DNA of 64,000 bases from an uncultured Gemmatimonadaceae bacterium (GCA_963740355.1 CAVUDW010000003.1:1792001-1856000); one strand, 5' to 3'; positions 1 through 10,485 are shown, counted from the first letter of the stretch. Notes: generated by a model not told the origin, from the letters alone. Translations and numbers: made by a program.

Positions 1-81
1 AACGACACTCCGGGGTGACGGGTCACGCGCCATCGGGCCGGCGAACTGGCCCACACGCGTGACTCTGGGAAGAGACAGCGA

Positions 82-1305
82 TTACTGCAGCTTCACCAGT
101 TCCACGCGGCGATTGGTCTGGCGCCCTTCCGGGGTCGTGTTCGGCTGGGCCGGCTTCGTGCTGCCGAGGCCACTCGCCTCCAGACGAGTCGCATCCACCT
201 TCAGCGTCCCGACGAGATAGGCCTTCACAGCCTCGGCTCGACGCTTCGAGAGGTCGAGGTTGGCGGCGGCGGCGCCGACGTTGTCGGTGTGGCCCTCGAT
301 GCCGAGGCGCAGCCCATCGTGCTCGGCGATCATCGCCGCGATCTCCCTCAGCGTTGGCGCGCTTTCCGGTCGGATCTGATCGGAGCCGGTGTCGAAGTAG
401 ATGCCCTGCGTCGCGACGCGTCCGTCGGCCGCCAGCGCCTCGTACAATTTCCGGCCACCCTCCGCCACCCGGATGCCTCCGAGGGCCATGCCCCCGTCGC
501 AGTAGAAGCCGATCTTGTTGCCGTTCTCGACCGCAAAATTCGGTACGTTCGCCACTCGCCGAGCGTCCACGTACACCTTGGCGTACGCCCCGTCGACCAT
601 GATGCGACCCTGATGGATCAGGTTCTGGCCCGAGTTCCCAGGCGTGGTCGCACCGCCCCCGGGCCGACCGAGCCCGCCCCCGCCATCGGCGCTGAAGTTG
701 AAGTGCGTGCTGCCGTTGGTGGTGCCGTCGGAATAGATCCAGCACTCGCCGTTGGTGCCCCAGAAATCCATCTCGATGGTGTAGCGCGACGGCAGGATCC
801 TGGGCAGCGGAATTGCGAAGTGGCCGGTCGTCGTCACCCGCAGCCAGGTGCGGTCACGGAAGGTGACCAGTTCCATGTTGCCACTCGCGAACTCGTATCG
901 GCGCGGAAAGTTGCCCACCGCGTCGTTCTTAAAGTCCTCGAAGAAGATCGTCTTTTCACCGGGCAGGAAGTCGTAGTTCGCCCAGACCGCGTTGCTGGCG
1001 CTGCCGCCGCCCCCCGACCCGCTGCCGCCACCGACCACGCCGCCTGCTGCGCCGCCAGTCCCCGCGCCGGCGGGCGCCTGCGTGGAGTCGATTTTCACCG
1101 GCTTGCCGGCGGCCTTCGCCTTGTCGATGCACGACTGGTCACCCATCGCGCAGTCCACCGCCCGGTCAGCCTGTCGGCCGACGTTCTCCTCGACGCGACG
1201 CTTCACCCGACCCAGCAGGCCACTCTGCCCCTGCACGAGGTCCGGCGAGCCGACCGCCACCAGCGCCAGCACCAGGGTGCCGCGGCGCATGCGTCCTGAA
1301 ATCAT
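82..1305 (-). CDS. OmpA-family peptidoglycan-binding secreted protein
   Basis: C-terminal IYFDTGS...IEGHTDNVG...NLDLSKRRAEAV...NRRVE OmpA_C motifs; signal-like N-terminus; GAGGAG RBS upstream of ATG 1305. Confidence 0.85.
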   Translation of the reverse strand: MISGRMRRGTLVLALVAVGSPDLVQGQSGLLGRVKRRVEENVGRQADRAVDCAMGDQSCIDKAKAAGKPVKIDSTQAPAGAGTGGAAGGVVGGGSGSGGGGSASNAVWANYDFLPGEKTIFFEDFKNDAVGNFPRRYEFASGNMELVTFRDRTWLRVTTTGHFAIPLPRILPSRYTIEMDFWGTNGECWIYSDGTTNGSTHFNFSADGGGGLGRPGGGATTPGNSGQNLIHQGRIMVDGAYAKVYVDARRVANVPNFAVENGNKIGFYCDGGMALGGIRVAEGGRKLYEALAADGRVATQGIYFDTGSDQIRPESAPTLREIAAMIAEHDGLRLGIEGHTDNVGAAAANLDLSKRRAEAVKAYLVGTLKVDATRLEASGLGSTKPAQPNTTPEGRQTNRRVELVKLQ

Positions 1306-1619
1306 TGTCAGCCACTCCTCTGCGTGTATTCGCGCTGGATACTTGGTGTCGAACATCGTTCCGGGCGGGAAGCGCAGCATGGGTCGTTTGAGCCATACCG
1401 GGCAAACGCCTGTCGGCGCCTCGACCGACGTGGGCGCGCCACTAGTGTATCACCAAAACATCCCACGAATCGGTACCGTCGCCCGTATGTCAGACGTCCG
1501 GCGGCGCTTACCTTGCTCAGGTGCCTGCAGGACTGCGCCACCGTCCTGACCAGCTCGCCATAAATGCCTGCGCGCCACGTAGCGCGCGGCCGCCTACCCC
1601 TTAAAGACCGAGACGCGGG

Positions 1620-3716
1620 ATGACTTCCCTGGCCACGTCCGAGACCTACGCCGCGGGACTTTCCCGCGAGCAGCTGCTCGCGGCCTACCGCACGATGCTC
1701 CTCTCCCGTCGCATCGACGACAAGGAGGTGCAGCTCAAGCGCCAAAACAAGATTTTCTTCCAGATTTCCGGAGCCGGCCACGAGGCGGTGCTCACCGCCG
1801 CGGGCATGGTGCTGCGACCGGGACATGACTGGTTCTACCTCTACTACCGCGACCGCGCACTCTGCCTGCAGCTCGGCATGAGTGCGGTCGACATGCTCTA
1901 CTCGGCCGTCGGGGCCGCCCGCGATCCAAACTCCGGCGGACGGCAGATGCCGAGCCACTGGGGCAGCGTCCCGATGAACATCGTGTCGACGTCGTCGCCC
2001 ACCGGCACGCAGTTCCTGCAGGCCGCGGGCAGCGCCGAAGCGTCGATGCGGCAGCGACTGCTCGACGGCACCCACACCGATGAAGTGACCCTCGTCACCA
2101 CCGGCGACGGCACGACGTCGGAAGGTGAGTTCTGGGAGTCGCTCAATACGGCCTGCAATCTCAACCTGCCGATGGTCTACCTGGTCGAGGACAACGGCTA
2201 CGCGATCAGCGTGCCGGTGGAAGTCGGCACGGCGGGTGGATCGATCTCGAAGCTGGTGCGCGGCTTCCCAGGGCTCTACATCCAGGAAGTCGACGGCTGC
2301 GACCTGATCGCCAGCTACGAAGTGATGCAGCGCGCAGTGCAATACGCGCGCGAGCGGCAGGGCCCGGCCTTCGTGCATGCGAAGGTCATTCGCCCGTATT
2401 CGCATTCCCTCTCCGACGACGAAACGATGTACCGTCCGGCGGAAGAGCGGGAAGCCGATGCGGCGCGTGATCCGATCAAGACGTTCCCCGCCTGGTTGCT
2501 GCAGAACGGCTTCGCCACCGAAGAGGAGCTGGCTGTGATTGCCGACGGCGTCGAGGCCGAGCTGCTGATGGCCACCGACGACGCGCTGGCGGCGGCGCAG
2601 CCGGATGCGAGCACGGTTTATCACGGCGTCTACTCGCCCGATGTCGATCCGACCGGTGAGCAGTTCGACACCGAGGATGATCCGCAGTTCAGCGGCAGCG
2701 AGACGACCATGGTGGACCTGCTCAACCAGTGCATGAAGGATGAAATGCGGCGGAATCCGCGCATCCTCATGTTCGGCGAAGACGTGGCCGACGCCAGCCG
2801 CGCAGATGTGCTGGATCGCGTGAAGGGCAAGGGCGGCGTGTTCAAGGTGACGCACGGCCTGCAGAAGGAGTTCGGCAGCACACGCGTGTACAACTCGCCG
2901 CTGGCCGAGGCGAACATCGTGGGACGGGCGATCGGCCTCGCGCTGCGCGGCTTCAAGCCAGTGGTCGAGATTCAGTTCTTCGACTACATCTGGCCGGCGT
3001 TCATGCAGATCCGTGACGAGCTGGCCACGATGCGCTGGCGCTCCAACAACTCGTTCGCCGCACCGGTCGTGATCCGCACCACGTACGGCGGCTACATCCG
3101 CGGCGGTGTCTATCACTCGCAGACGGGTGCGTCGCTGTTCACGCACACCCCTGGGCTGCGTGTGGTGTGCCCGAGCAACGCGCTCGACGCCAGCGGACTG
3201 CTGCGTACGGCGATTCGCTGTGAGGACCCGGTCATCTTCCTCGAGCACAAACATCTCTATCGCCAGACCTACAACAAGGCGATGAATCCGGGCCCGAACT
3301 TCATGATCCCCTTCGGCAAGGCGCGCATCGCCCGCGAAGGCACCGATGTGACGGTGGTGACGTACGGTGCCACGGTGCAGCGCGCACTGGCGGCCGCCAA
3401 CCAGATGGCGGATGAGGGCGTGAGTGCGGAAGTGATCGACCTGCGCACGCTCTCGCCATGGGACAAGGAGACGGTGTTCGCGAGCATCCGAAAGACGAAC
3501 CGCGTGATCGTGGGCTACGAAGACTCGATGTCGTGGGGCTACGGTGCCGAGATCGCGGCTGCCATCGCCGACGAGTGCTTCGCGTATCTCGACGCGCCGG
3601 TGATGCGTGTCGCGAGCACGGACACATTCGTGGGCTACGCACCACAGCTCGAAGATGCGACGTTGCCGCAGCAGGAGACGTTCCGGCAGGCGTATCGGAA
3701 GATCGTGGCGTACTGA
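1620..3716 (+). CDS. Fused 2-oxoacid (branched-chain-type) dehydrogenase E1 alpha/beta
   Basis: GAGHEA, TPP motif GDGTTSEG...[13 protein letters not shown] loop; beta half [19 protein letters not shown]. Confidence 0.92.
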   Translation: MTSLATSETYAAGLSREQLLAAYRTMLLSRRIDDKEVQLKRQNKIFFQISGAGHEAVLTAAGMVLRPGHDWFYLYYRDRALCLQLGMSAVDMLYSAVGAARDPNSGGRQMPSHWGSVPMNIVSTSSPTGTQFLQAAGSAEASMRQRLLDGTHTDEVTLVTTGDGTTSEGEFWESLNTACNLNLPMVYLVEDNGYAISVPVEVGTAGGSISKLVRGFPGLYIQEVDGCDLIASYEVMQRAVQYARERQGPAFVHAKVIRPYSHSLSDDETMYRPAEEREADAARDPIKTFPAWLLQNGFATEEELAVIADGVEAELLMATDDALAAAQPDASTVYHGVYSPDVDPTGEQFDTEDDPQFSGSETTMVDLLNQCMKDEMRRNPRILMFGEDVADASRADVLDRVKGKGGVFKVTHGLQKEFGSTRVYNSPLAEANIVGRAIGLALRGFKPVVEIQFFDYIWPAFMQIRDELATMRWRSNNSFAAPVVIRTTYGGYIRGGVYHSQTGASLFTHTPGLRVVCPSNALDASGLLRTAIRCEDPVIFLEHKHLYRQTYNKAMNPGPNFMIPFGKARIAREGTDVTVVTYGATVQRALAAANQMADEGVSAEVIDLRTLSPWDKETVFASIRKTNRVIVGYEDSMSWGYGAEIAAAIADECFAYLDAPVMRVASTDTFVGYAPQLEDATLPQQETFRQAYRKIVAY

Positions 3717-3737
3717 GTTCGTGTCTGTCGTCTGACA

Positions 3738-3772
3738 GAAGCGCCCGGCATCATCATGATGCCGGGCGCTTC
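3738..3772. terminator. Bidirectional terminator-like hairpin
   Basis: Perfect 16-bp stem GAAGCGCCCGGCATCA-tca-TGATGCCGGGCGCTTC between convergent genes. Confidence 0.8.
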
Positions 3773-3829
3773 GTCTTTCGTGTTCGTGCCAGGGCGACGG
3801 GCGCCGCCGCCGGATCGTCGCCGCAGGAG

Positions 3830-4699
3830 TTACGGCGACCGGCGCTGCAGCAGCCGATTCATGTCGGTCACGCGGTACCCCGCGGGAACCATGAAGCTGC
3901 TGGTGTCGACGGGTTCGCGGCGCAGCCCGGTCATCTCCGCACGCGTCGTGGTGCGCAGCGTGTCACTCCCGGAGACGGTCACGGCAGTGGTCGTTTCGAT
4001 CACGGGGATCCCGTCCGGCATCGCGCGTTCCAGCGCGCGCAGCTTGGCTCTCACGAGTGGTGGCAGCCCGAGTGAGCCGGCGAATTGTGCAGCAAATGTT
4101 CTAAATGCCGGATCGAGCCGAGCGATGTCACGACTGAGGTCGAGGTCGTGCACCTGTTCGGTGTGGACGGCGCGACGGACGCCCGGCGCGTTGACCTGCA
4201 AGGTGTACTGCTGTGTAAGCACCGCGTGGCGCGTGGCGTAGCCGAAGACACGTGGCCCGGCACCAGTACTGCGGGTGGTGCTGCGGGCATCCGCAATCTC
4301 GATTGGCGCGCCGCCCGGTGGCCCACCCATCAGTGATCCGAGATCGCCGGCGGCCGCTTTCAGTACCTCGCGCCGCGCCGGATTCACCACCAGCAGCGTG
4401 CTGTCGGCGGAACGCAGGAGCAACACGCCGGAATCACCGGTCAGTGCCCTCAGCGGCCCTTGCCGCACCGTGATCCGCGCGGTGCCCTGCCAGATCGCGA
4501 CATCGAGCAGCAGCGAACCGCCTTTCATCGCGCGCCCCTCGGAGGTCGGCGTGATGGTCCAGCTGAAGAGCCAGCCCACTGCTGGCGACGTCGCGCGCTG
4601 GGCGCAGGCGTTCGCGCCAGGCCACGTCAGCGCGACCAGCGCACTGCAGCACACCCGGGTGAGCAGCACTCGCGCGAGGCGAGTGAGCCGCACCCTCAT
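3830..4699 (-). CDS. Secreted protein, DUF4412-like
   Basis: Signal peptide; beta-rich; C-terminal FMVPAGY motif. Confidence 0.55.
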   Translation of the reverse strand: MRVRLTRLARVLLTRVCCSALVALTWPGANACAQRATSPAVGWLFSWTITPTSEGRAMKGGSLLLDVAIWQGTARITVRQGPLRALTGDSGVLLLRSADSTLLVVNPARREVLKAAAGDLGSLMGGPPGGAPIEIADARSTTRSTGAGPRVFGYATRHAVLTQQYTLQVNAPGVRRAVHTEQVHDLDLSRDIARLDPAFRTFAAQFAGSLGLPPLVRAKLRALERAMPDGIPVIETTTAVTVSGSDTLRTTTRAEMTGLRREPVDTSSFMVPAGYRVTDMNRLLQRRSP

Positions 4700-4706
4700 G
4701 CGTGGC

Positions 4707-5021
4707 TCACTTGTTGTTCGTCACGGCTACGATCGCGCCATCGATCACCCGAAGCAGCTCTGCGCCGCCATCACCGGGGGCGAGCACCACGAACGACGCC
4801 GGCCCGCCACGTCGCAACACGGAGCCGTGCGGCAGCCCTCGCACACTGGCGCCTCGCAAGTCGACCACGCGCGCGGCGGGCCCCGCCAGCTTGCGCACCT
4901 CGGCGCTCGAGCCGACGAGGGCCAGCTCCTTGCCGGAGATGGCAATGGCATCGGCCACCGGCCGCCGCACGTCGTTGGTGCGGATCCGGCCATTCACGAA
5001 TGCCAGCGCGATCGCGCTCAC
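4707..5021 (-). CDS. Small protein resembling an amidohydrolase beta-sandwich only
   Basis: GTG 2 nt after upstream stop; VNGRIRT...AIAISGKELALVGSSAEV...VVDLRGASV then GGPASFVVL...VIDGAIV. Confidence 0.6.
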   Translation of the reverse strand: MSAIALAFVNGRIRTNDVRRPVADAIAISGKELALVGSSAEVRKLAGPAARVVDLRGASVRGLPHGSVLRRGGPASFVVLAPGDGGAELLRVIDGAIVAVTNNK

Positions 5022-5022
5022 A

Positions 5023-5208
5023 TCAGCCCTGACGACGGTCCATCGAATCGCGCAGGTCGAGCAGAATCTCGAAGTAGAGCTGCTCGCGACGGTACGCGAA
5101 ATCGAGTGCCACCATCTGCGACGGATCTTCCGATGCCCTCGCACGGTCGAAGGCTTCCTTGTACATCTCTTCGAGGTTGCTGAGAATGCGGTCGCGCGTG
5201 CGTGCCAT
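5023..5208 (-). CDS. Small helical hypothetical protein (about 61 aa)
   Basis: MARTRDRILSNLEEMYKEAF...; plausible composition, coupled to the downstream gene. Confidence 0.6.
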   Translation of the reverse strand: MARTRDRILSNLEEMYKEAFDRARASEDPSQMVALDFAYRREQLYFEILLDLRDSMDRRQG

Positions 5209-5350
5209 ACGGGCAGTTTCCAAGGTGTGGGACGTGAGTCTCGGGACATCCCGGGCGTCGTCGTAGCCGGACGCAGGGGCATCGGGATCGTAAATGAACT
5301 TGCGCGCCGCATCCAGAAACAGGCGCTTCGGATCAGGGAATTCGACCATC

Positions 5351-5671
5351 GTGAAACGCGAGGAAATCTTCGTCAGGGACGAATGGCGCTGCGTCTACTG
5401 CGGAGAGCAGTATGCGCCGGCGGCACTCACAATCGACCACGTGCAACCGCAGGTGCGCGGCGGCGACAACTCCGGCGGCAACGTAGTGACGGCCTGTGCC
5501 ACCTGCAATTTGCGCAAGGGACACCGACGACTGGCGGAATTCCTGCTCGACGAGCCCGAATCACTCGCCAACTTCCGCCAGCTGGCACGTCACGTCTGGC
5601 CAAGACACCTCCGCTCGCTGGACGATGCACTGCGGGCCGAGCAACGGCGGCGCGAGCCGCCACGCCCCTGA
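5351..5671 (+). CDS. HNH endonuclease (stand-alone, McrA-like)
   Basis: RDEWRCVYCG...TIDHVQPQVRGG...NVVTACATCNLRKG; GTG start chosen, ORF open from 5294. Confidence 0.85.
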   Translation: MKREEIFVRDEWRCVYCGEQYAPAALTIDHVQPQVRGGDNSGGNVVTACATCNLRKGHRRLAEFLLDEPESLANFRQLARHVWPRHLRSLDDALRAEQRRREPPRP

Positions 5672-5680
5672 CCAGGAGCG

Positions 5681-6001
5681 TCAGAGCCGGTGGAAGACCG
5701 CCTCTTCCACCACCTGCCCCTGCTTCAGATGCTCGACCACGATCCGTTCCAACAGCGCCGGTGTCACGTTGGCGTACCACACGCCCTCCGGGTACACCGC
5801 AATGATCGGTCCGGCAGCGCAGACCCCGAGGCAGGGGGTTTCGCCACGTTTCACTCGCGTCGGCCCGAACAGCAGGTTCTCACGCTGCAGCAGCCGCGCC
5901 AACTCGGAATAGATCCCGCGGCCGCGGCGATCGGGGGAACAGTACGACCCGGTGCAGACGAGCACGTGTCGGGCGTACGGGTCCATCTGGGGGAGCGTCA
6001 T
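5681..6001 (-). CDS. Thioredoxin-like [2Fe-2S] ferredoxin
   Basis: HVLVCTGSYC...CLGVCAAGPIIAVYPEGVWY...IVVEHL. Confidence 0.88.
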   Translation of the reverse strand: MTLPQMDPYARHVLVCTGSYCSPDRRGRGIYSELARLLQRENLLFGPTRVKRGETPCLGVCAAGPIIAVYPEGVWYANVTPALLERIVVEHLKQGQVVEEAVFHRL

Positions 6002-6008
6002 CCGTAGG

Positions 6009-7178
6009 TCAGTGCCGGAAAATGGCGAGCAGGATCTCGAGCACGATCAGCAGCACGATGGCGACTTCCAGCGCCTCGCTCCGCGCCGCCTGCTGCTCGT
6101 CGTTGAGCATGGAGTATGTCTCGCGAATGATTGCGAGCTTCCGATCGATCCCAGCGCGCCAGGTCCGCCCGCGGAAGAGCTCCAGCGCGGAGGCATAAAT
6201 GCGCGCGAGATACACGTCGTCGGTGACCTTGAGCGCATTCTCCACGCGCTCCACCAATTCCGTGCTGTCGGCCACGGTCCGCTGCAGCTCAGCCAGCAGC
6301 GGCGCGAAGCGGCGGCTGAAAAGCGCCAGTTTCCGCGATCCGGGACGCGCCGCCTCGATGCGGTCGTACATCCGCGGTAATTCGGCATCGAGCGTCGCGT
6401 CGTAAAACCGCAGTTCGAGGAGCTGCGCGTTGGCGAACTCGAGGATGAACTGCACATCGGTGTCGACCAGCGAGGCGTCCACGATCAGCGCGTTGTCCCA
6501 CGTCAGCACGGCCAGATCGTCCGAGGTGTAGCTGAAGCGATGCGGCAGCAACTCGCGCATGGCCTCCACGCTCAGGGCGCGCCGGTCATTCAGCAGCAGG
6601 GGCGACAGCAACGTGTTGTGCAACGCCGACGGCTGCACCGACGCCCCCTGCAAGTCGGTCAACTGCGACACACGATAGACGATGTAGTCCTCCGTCTGCT
6701 CGGCGATGGCAGGGCGCTCGATGCAGCTCCGGATGCGTTCGACCAGCGAACGCAGGTGTCCGTCGAGGAGCGACGGGATCACCGCGGCAGCGTCCAGCAC
6801 TTCACCAAAATCGACGAAGCCATGCCAGGTGATCCCCTTCGGCGCAGGAACGCGGGCGCGGAGACTGACCACCCCGAAGTCGAAAATCCTGGCGCTGACC
6901 TCCACCGAAATCCGCTCCCCGCCGAGCACGACCTCCTCGCTGCCGAGGATGACGGTGATCGGTGGATTCGGGATCTGGAGCGCCTGCGCTTCACCCCGAA
7001 CCGGGCGCACCCGTGCCGGGGCCTGGGTGGCGAGCAGTTCCAACACCTGGTCGAGCGAGATCTCGTAGCCGACGTCAAAGAGCCGATAGACGACCGCATC
7101 GCCATCGACCCGGATGGCATCGGCGGAGACGATCGGGCCCTGGACGACGGGAATGGACGACAGCGAATCTCGGAGCAT
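6009..7178 (-). CDS. RMD1/DUF155-like protein with C-terminal TM helix
   Basis: ARIFDFGVVS, DVYLARIY, LEVAIVLLIVLEI C-terminal TM. Confidence 0.6.
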   Translation of the reverse strand: MLRDSLSSIPVVQGPIVSADAIRVDGDAVVYRLFDVGYEISLDQVLELLATQAPARVRPVRGEAQALQIPNPPITVILGSEEVVLGGERISVEVSARIFDFGVVSLRARVPAPKGITWHGFVDFGEVLDAAAVIPSLLDGHLRSLVERIRSCIERPAIAEQTEDYIVYRVSQLTDLQGASVQPSALHNTLLSPLLLNDRRALSVEAMRELLPHRFSYTSDDLAVLTWDNALIVDASLVDTDVQFILEFANAQLLELRFYDATLDAELPRMYDRIEAARPGSRKLALFSRRFAPLLAELQRTVADSTELVERVENALKVTDDVYLARIYASALELFRGRTWRAGIDRKLAIIRETYSMLNDEQQAARSEALEVAIVLLIVLEILLAIFRH

Positions 7179-7390
7179 GCCCGCAAGTTACCCGCGTACA
7201 CCATCTCGGCTGTTTCATGAATTTGCCATCAGCCGATCGGGACACGCCAACGCTCCCGGTTGCACTGGCGCGAACCAGTCCGATGCGCGAGATAGATGGT
7301 AGAAGCCCCTCGCCCCCGTGCCTACCGAACTCTTTCGGTACACACGAAGCCGAGTGATGACGTCCCGTTCCATCCTAGCTCACGGACCCC

Positions 7391-8299
7391 ATGACGACGA
7401 CCGCACAGCTCCCCGATCCGGCAATTGCGGGGAGAGGGTATGCCAATCCAGAAGTGCTCGTGAGCACCGCATGGCTTGCCGAGCACCTGCTGGACGACAA
7501 CCTGCGCTTGCTGGAGTGTGACGAGGACGTGCTGCTGTTTGATTTTGGCCATATCCCCGGCGCGCAGAAGATCGATTGGCATACCGACCTGAATGATCCG
7601 GTGATGCGCGACTACGTCTCGCGCGAGCAGTTTCAGGCGCTGTTGCGTCGACTTGGCATCAGCGAGGACTCGCTGGTGGTGTTTTATGGCGACAAGAACA
7701 ACTGGTGGGCCGCTTATGCCTTCTGGGTGTTCCATCTCTTCGGCTTCACCAACACCCGCTTGCTGGATGGTGGCCGGATGAAGTGGGAGCTCGAAGGTCG
7801 GCCGCTGGTCACGGATCGCACGGTGCACCCGGCATCGACGTTCGTGGCGCAGGAGCGGGAGGATGCCAGCATTCGTGCATTCCTCCCGGACGTGCTGGCG
7901 CACTCGAAGGCTGCCGGACAACTGGTGGACGTACGCTCGGTGCCCGAATACACCGGCGAGAAGCTCCACATGCCGGAGTACCCGCAGGAAGGGGCGATGC
8001 GGGGCGGCCATGTGCCTGGCGCACGGAGTGTCCCGTGGGCACGTGCGGCGAACGGCGACGGCACGTTCAAGTCGGCCGATGAACTGCGCGCGATCTACGA
8101 GACGGAGCAGAAGCTGCGCGCCGATCAGCCGACGATCACCTACTGCCGCATCGGTGAGCGGTCATCGCACACCTGGTTTGCCCTCACCTACCTGCTTGGC
8201 TACCGTGACGTGAAGAACTACGACGGCAGCTGGACGGAATACGGCAATGCCGTGCGGACTCCGATCGTCACCGGCACTTCGCCTTCGGCGCAATCCTGA
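7391..8299 (+). CDS. Sulfurtransferase (two-domain rhodanese)
   Basis: GHIPGA, active-site [17 protein letters not shown] signature. Confidence 0.93.
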   Translation: MTTTAQLPDPAIAGRGYANPEVLVSTAWLAEHLLDDNLRLLECDEDVLLFDFGHIPGAQKIDWHTDLNDPVMRDYVSREQFQALLRRLGISEDSLVVFYGDKNNWWAAYAFWVFHLFGFTNTRLLDGGRMKWELEGRPLVTDRTVHPASTFVAQEREDASIRAFLPDVLAHSKAAGQLVDVRSVPEYTGEKLHMPEYPQEGAMRGGHVPGARSVPWARAANGDGTFKSADELRAIYETEQKLRADQPTITYCRIGERSSHTWFALTYLLGYRDVKNYDGSWTEYGNAVRTPIVTGTSPSAQS

Positions 8300-8307
8300 A
8301 CCCAACG

Positions 8308-8772
8308 ATGAGCGACACACCCAAGCTGTTTTCAACGATCCAGCTCGAATGGAAGGGCGATCGACGGTTTGACACGGGACGCCCTGGTGGACCGACCCTT
8401 CGTCTCGATGGCGACGGCGTCACGGGGCAGAGTCCCGTGGATGGACTCATGAGTGCGCTCGCCGCCTGCACGGCTGTCGACGTCGTCGACATCCTGGCAA
8501 AGCGGCGCACGCCCCTGTCGTCGCTCACGATCGACGCCATCGGCACGCGCGCGCAGACCGTGCCGAAGCGCATCGTAGGCGTGCAGCTGACGTACAACGT
8601 GAATGGCGACGGCGTCGAGCGTTTGCACGCCGAGCGTGCCGTCGAACTCGCGATCACGAAGTATTGCAGCGTGCGCGATTCACTCGACCCTGCATTGCCG
8701 ATTCACTACAGCGTCGTGCTCAATGGCGATGCGGGTGAAGTGCAACTCGCGGGCGCCGCGGCAGCGAGCTGA
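8308..8772 (+). CDS. OsmC-family protein
   Basis: SPVDGLMSALAACTAVDVV...KYCSV. Confidence 0.88.
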   Translation: MSDTPKLFSTIQLEWKGDRRFDTGRPGGPTLRLDGDGVTGQSPVDGLMSALAACTAVDVVDILAKRRTPLSSLTIDAIGTRAQTVPKRIVGVQLTYNVNGDGVERLHAERAVELAITKYCSVRDSLDPALPIHYSVVLNGDAGEVQLAGAAAAS

Positions 8773-8853
8773 CACCGGCGATCGGCACTGACTGTGCGGT
8801 GCTGCGCGGCGACGCGGTATCCGTAGCCGCGCCACTGCGCAGCCGGCCCCAGC

Positions 8854-9318
8854 TCAGTGACGATGCGGGGCGGTGGCGCAGCGATGCAGCGCGGTGCGGT
8901 TGATCCAGTGCGCGGAGATCAGGCATGCCGCGGCGGTGATGACCAGCGACAATTCACCGATGGACGGCGGCACCGACATCGCACGCATGGTGCCGAGCAT
9001 GCAGAGCCCGGTGACGAGCAGCAACAGTGGCGCCCGCTGCTGGTGAATGCGGTATCCCGGCACCAGTGCGAACAGGCCGATCACCAGCGAGACGGCAAGG
9101 AACGCCCACTCGATCCATGACGCGGCAAGGAACGATGCGGCTGGTGCGATGCCGAGCAGCAGCGCCACGACGGCGCAGTGCACGGCGCAGGCGAACGATG
9201 CAGTGGCCCCTGCGACGTCGAGCGTCGAGCGGAGTTGCCTGCTGGATGGATCGGAACGGCCCATCGGATCTGCCAGAAGAGGGGACAACTGGTGGCGGCG
9301 GCGGAACCGGCCAGCCAT
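8854..9318 (-). CDS. MerC-domain membrane protein
   Basis: LDVAGATASFACAVHC, four TM segments, AHWIN, C-terminal HRH; start uncertain. Confidence 0.8.
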   Translation of the reverse strand: MAGRFRRRHQLSPLLADPMGRSDPSSRQLRSTLDVAGATASFACAVHCAVVALLLGIAPAASFLAASWIEWAFLAVSLVIGLFALVPGYRIHQQRAPLLLLVTGLCMLGTMRAMSVPPSIGELSLVITAAACLISAHWINRTALHRCATAPHRH

Positions 9319-9328
9319 CAGTCAACGT

Positions 9329-9373
9329 GCAATGTAATAGGTAATGATATCAGCAACTGATATACGACTATCA
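9329..9373. promoter_or_regulatory. Candidate Zur/Fur-type operator
   Basis: AT-rich island GCAATGTAATAGGTAATGATATC plus inverted repeat ATATCAG-caa-CTGATAT (9347-9363). Confidence 0.45.
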
Positions 9374-9540
9374 ATAAAGCATCGTCACGGCGGAGATGCA
9401 AGGGTCACCGGGATCGCCTGGTGGTGATATGCGGCCAGGCGTAGCTGGCCACTCCCAGTTTGAGCGTGGTCCTGCTACGTTTCGAGGCTTGCCGGGAACA
9501 TGTGCACCCCGGCGCGTGACCTCAAGACGAGTTAGCTGCT

Positions 9541-9783
9541 ATGAAGGACGGCATACATCCCGCGTACCACCCGGTGATCTTCAAGGACGCATCGTCTGGG
9601 TTCGCGTTCGTGACCCGCTCGACGCAGTCCAGCGAGCAGATGATGGAATGGACGGACGGCAAGTCCTATCCTGTCATCACGATGGAAATCACCAGCCATT
9701 CGCACCCGTTTTACACGGGCCAGCAGCGCATGATCGACACGCAGGGTCGTGTCGACCGCTTTAAGAAGCGCTACGCGCGCTGA
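9541..9783 (+). CDS. rpmE2: 50S ribosomal protein L31 type B (Cys-free)
   Basis: MKDGIHPAYHPVIFKD...SHSHPFYTG...GRVDRFKKRY; no cysteines. Confidence 0.93.
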   Translation: MKDGIHPAYHPVIFKDASSGFAFVTRSTQSSEQMMEWTDGKSYPVITMEITSHSHPFYTGQQRMIDTQGRVDRFKKRYAR

Positions 9784-9814
9784 GTTCAGCGCGGCGGTGA
9801 TGGTCTGATCGAAG

Positions 9815-9853
9815 AAGGGCGGCCGGTGCATCTCTGCACCGGCCGCCCTTTTC
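9815..9853. terminator. Bidirectional terminator
   Basis: 16-bp stem AAGGGCGGCCGGTGCA-tctc-TGCACCGGCCGCCCTT ending in a short T run. Confidence 0.8.
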
Positions 9854-9877
9854 GTCATGCCGTGCCCAGCACCCGCA

Positions 9878-10402
9878 CTACTTCAGCTTGAACGTCAGGC
9901 CGAGGTTGAGCGTGGCGGCACCGGCGCCGAGATCCGCGTACAACGCAGTCTTCGGCGTGAAGAAGTACCGACCGCCCGCACGACCGATGACATACAATCC
10001 GCTGCTGTAACCGCAGTTGACGTTGCCGAAGTTCGAGCAGCTGATGTTCTGGAAGCCAAGGCCGGCGCCGAGGAACAGGTCGACCTTGTTGGCCGGATCG
10101 ATCGGGAAGTGATAGTTGAGCGTGGCACCGATCGGGATGTAGCGCACGCTGGCAGCAGAACGCTTCCAGCTGTACACGTCGGCGCTGATCTCGATACCGA
10201 GCAGGCCGTTGCCGAGATCGGGCAACTTCTTGAAGATGTTCTCGTAGCGGCCGCCGAATGAAAGATTGGCGTCGCCGAGATTACCGATACCCACAACGAA
10301 ACCGATATCGGAATAGCCCTTGCTGACCTGCGCCTGTGCAACGGTCGCGCTGCCAAACGTGAGAGCCGTAACCGCAACCAGCGTCATGAACTTTCTGTGC
10401 AT
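9878..10402 (-). CDS. Small outer-membrane beta-barrel protein (paralog 1)
   Basis: Signal peptide AQA-Q, alternating strands, C-terminal LGLTFKLK. Confidence 0.8.
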   Translation of the reverse strand: MHRKFMTLVAVTALTFGSATVAQAQVSKGYSDIGFVVGIGNLGDANLSFGGRYENIFKKLPDLGNGLLGIEISADVYSWKRSAASVRYIPIGATLNYHFPIDPANKVDLFLGAGLGFQNISCSNFGNVNCGYSSGLYVIGRAGGRYFFTPKTALYADLGAGAATLNLGLTFKLK

Positions 10403-10469
10403 TTGCCTTTCCTGAAACTGAGTGATGGAATTGGAACCGTGTGCGCCGAGCTGTAGCACAGCCCAGCAT

Positions 10470-10485
10470 AGCATGTTCAATGCCG
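10470..10485 (-). promoter_or_regulatory. Candidate sigma-54 -24/-12 promoter
   Basis: Minus strand CGGCATTGAACATGCT has GG-N10-GC spacing, about 70 bp upstream of the OMP start. Confidence 0.45.

Noticed and set aside
1308..3254. 648-aa minus-strand ORF and many similar long antisense ORFs
   Set aside because: Shadow frames of real high-GC genes; no recognisable motifs
8854..9318. Mercury resistance operon
   Set aside because: Only a MerC-like domain; no merR, merA, merT or merP
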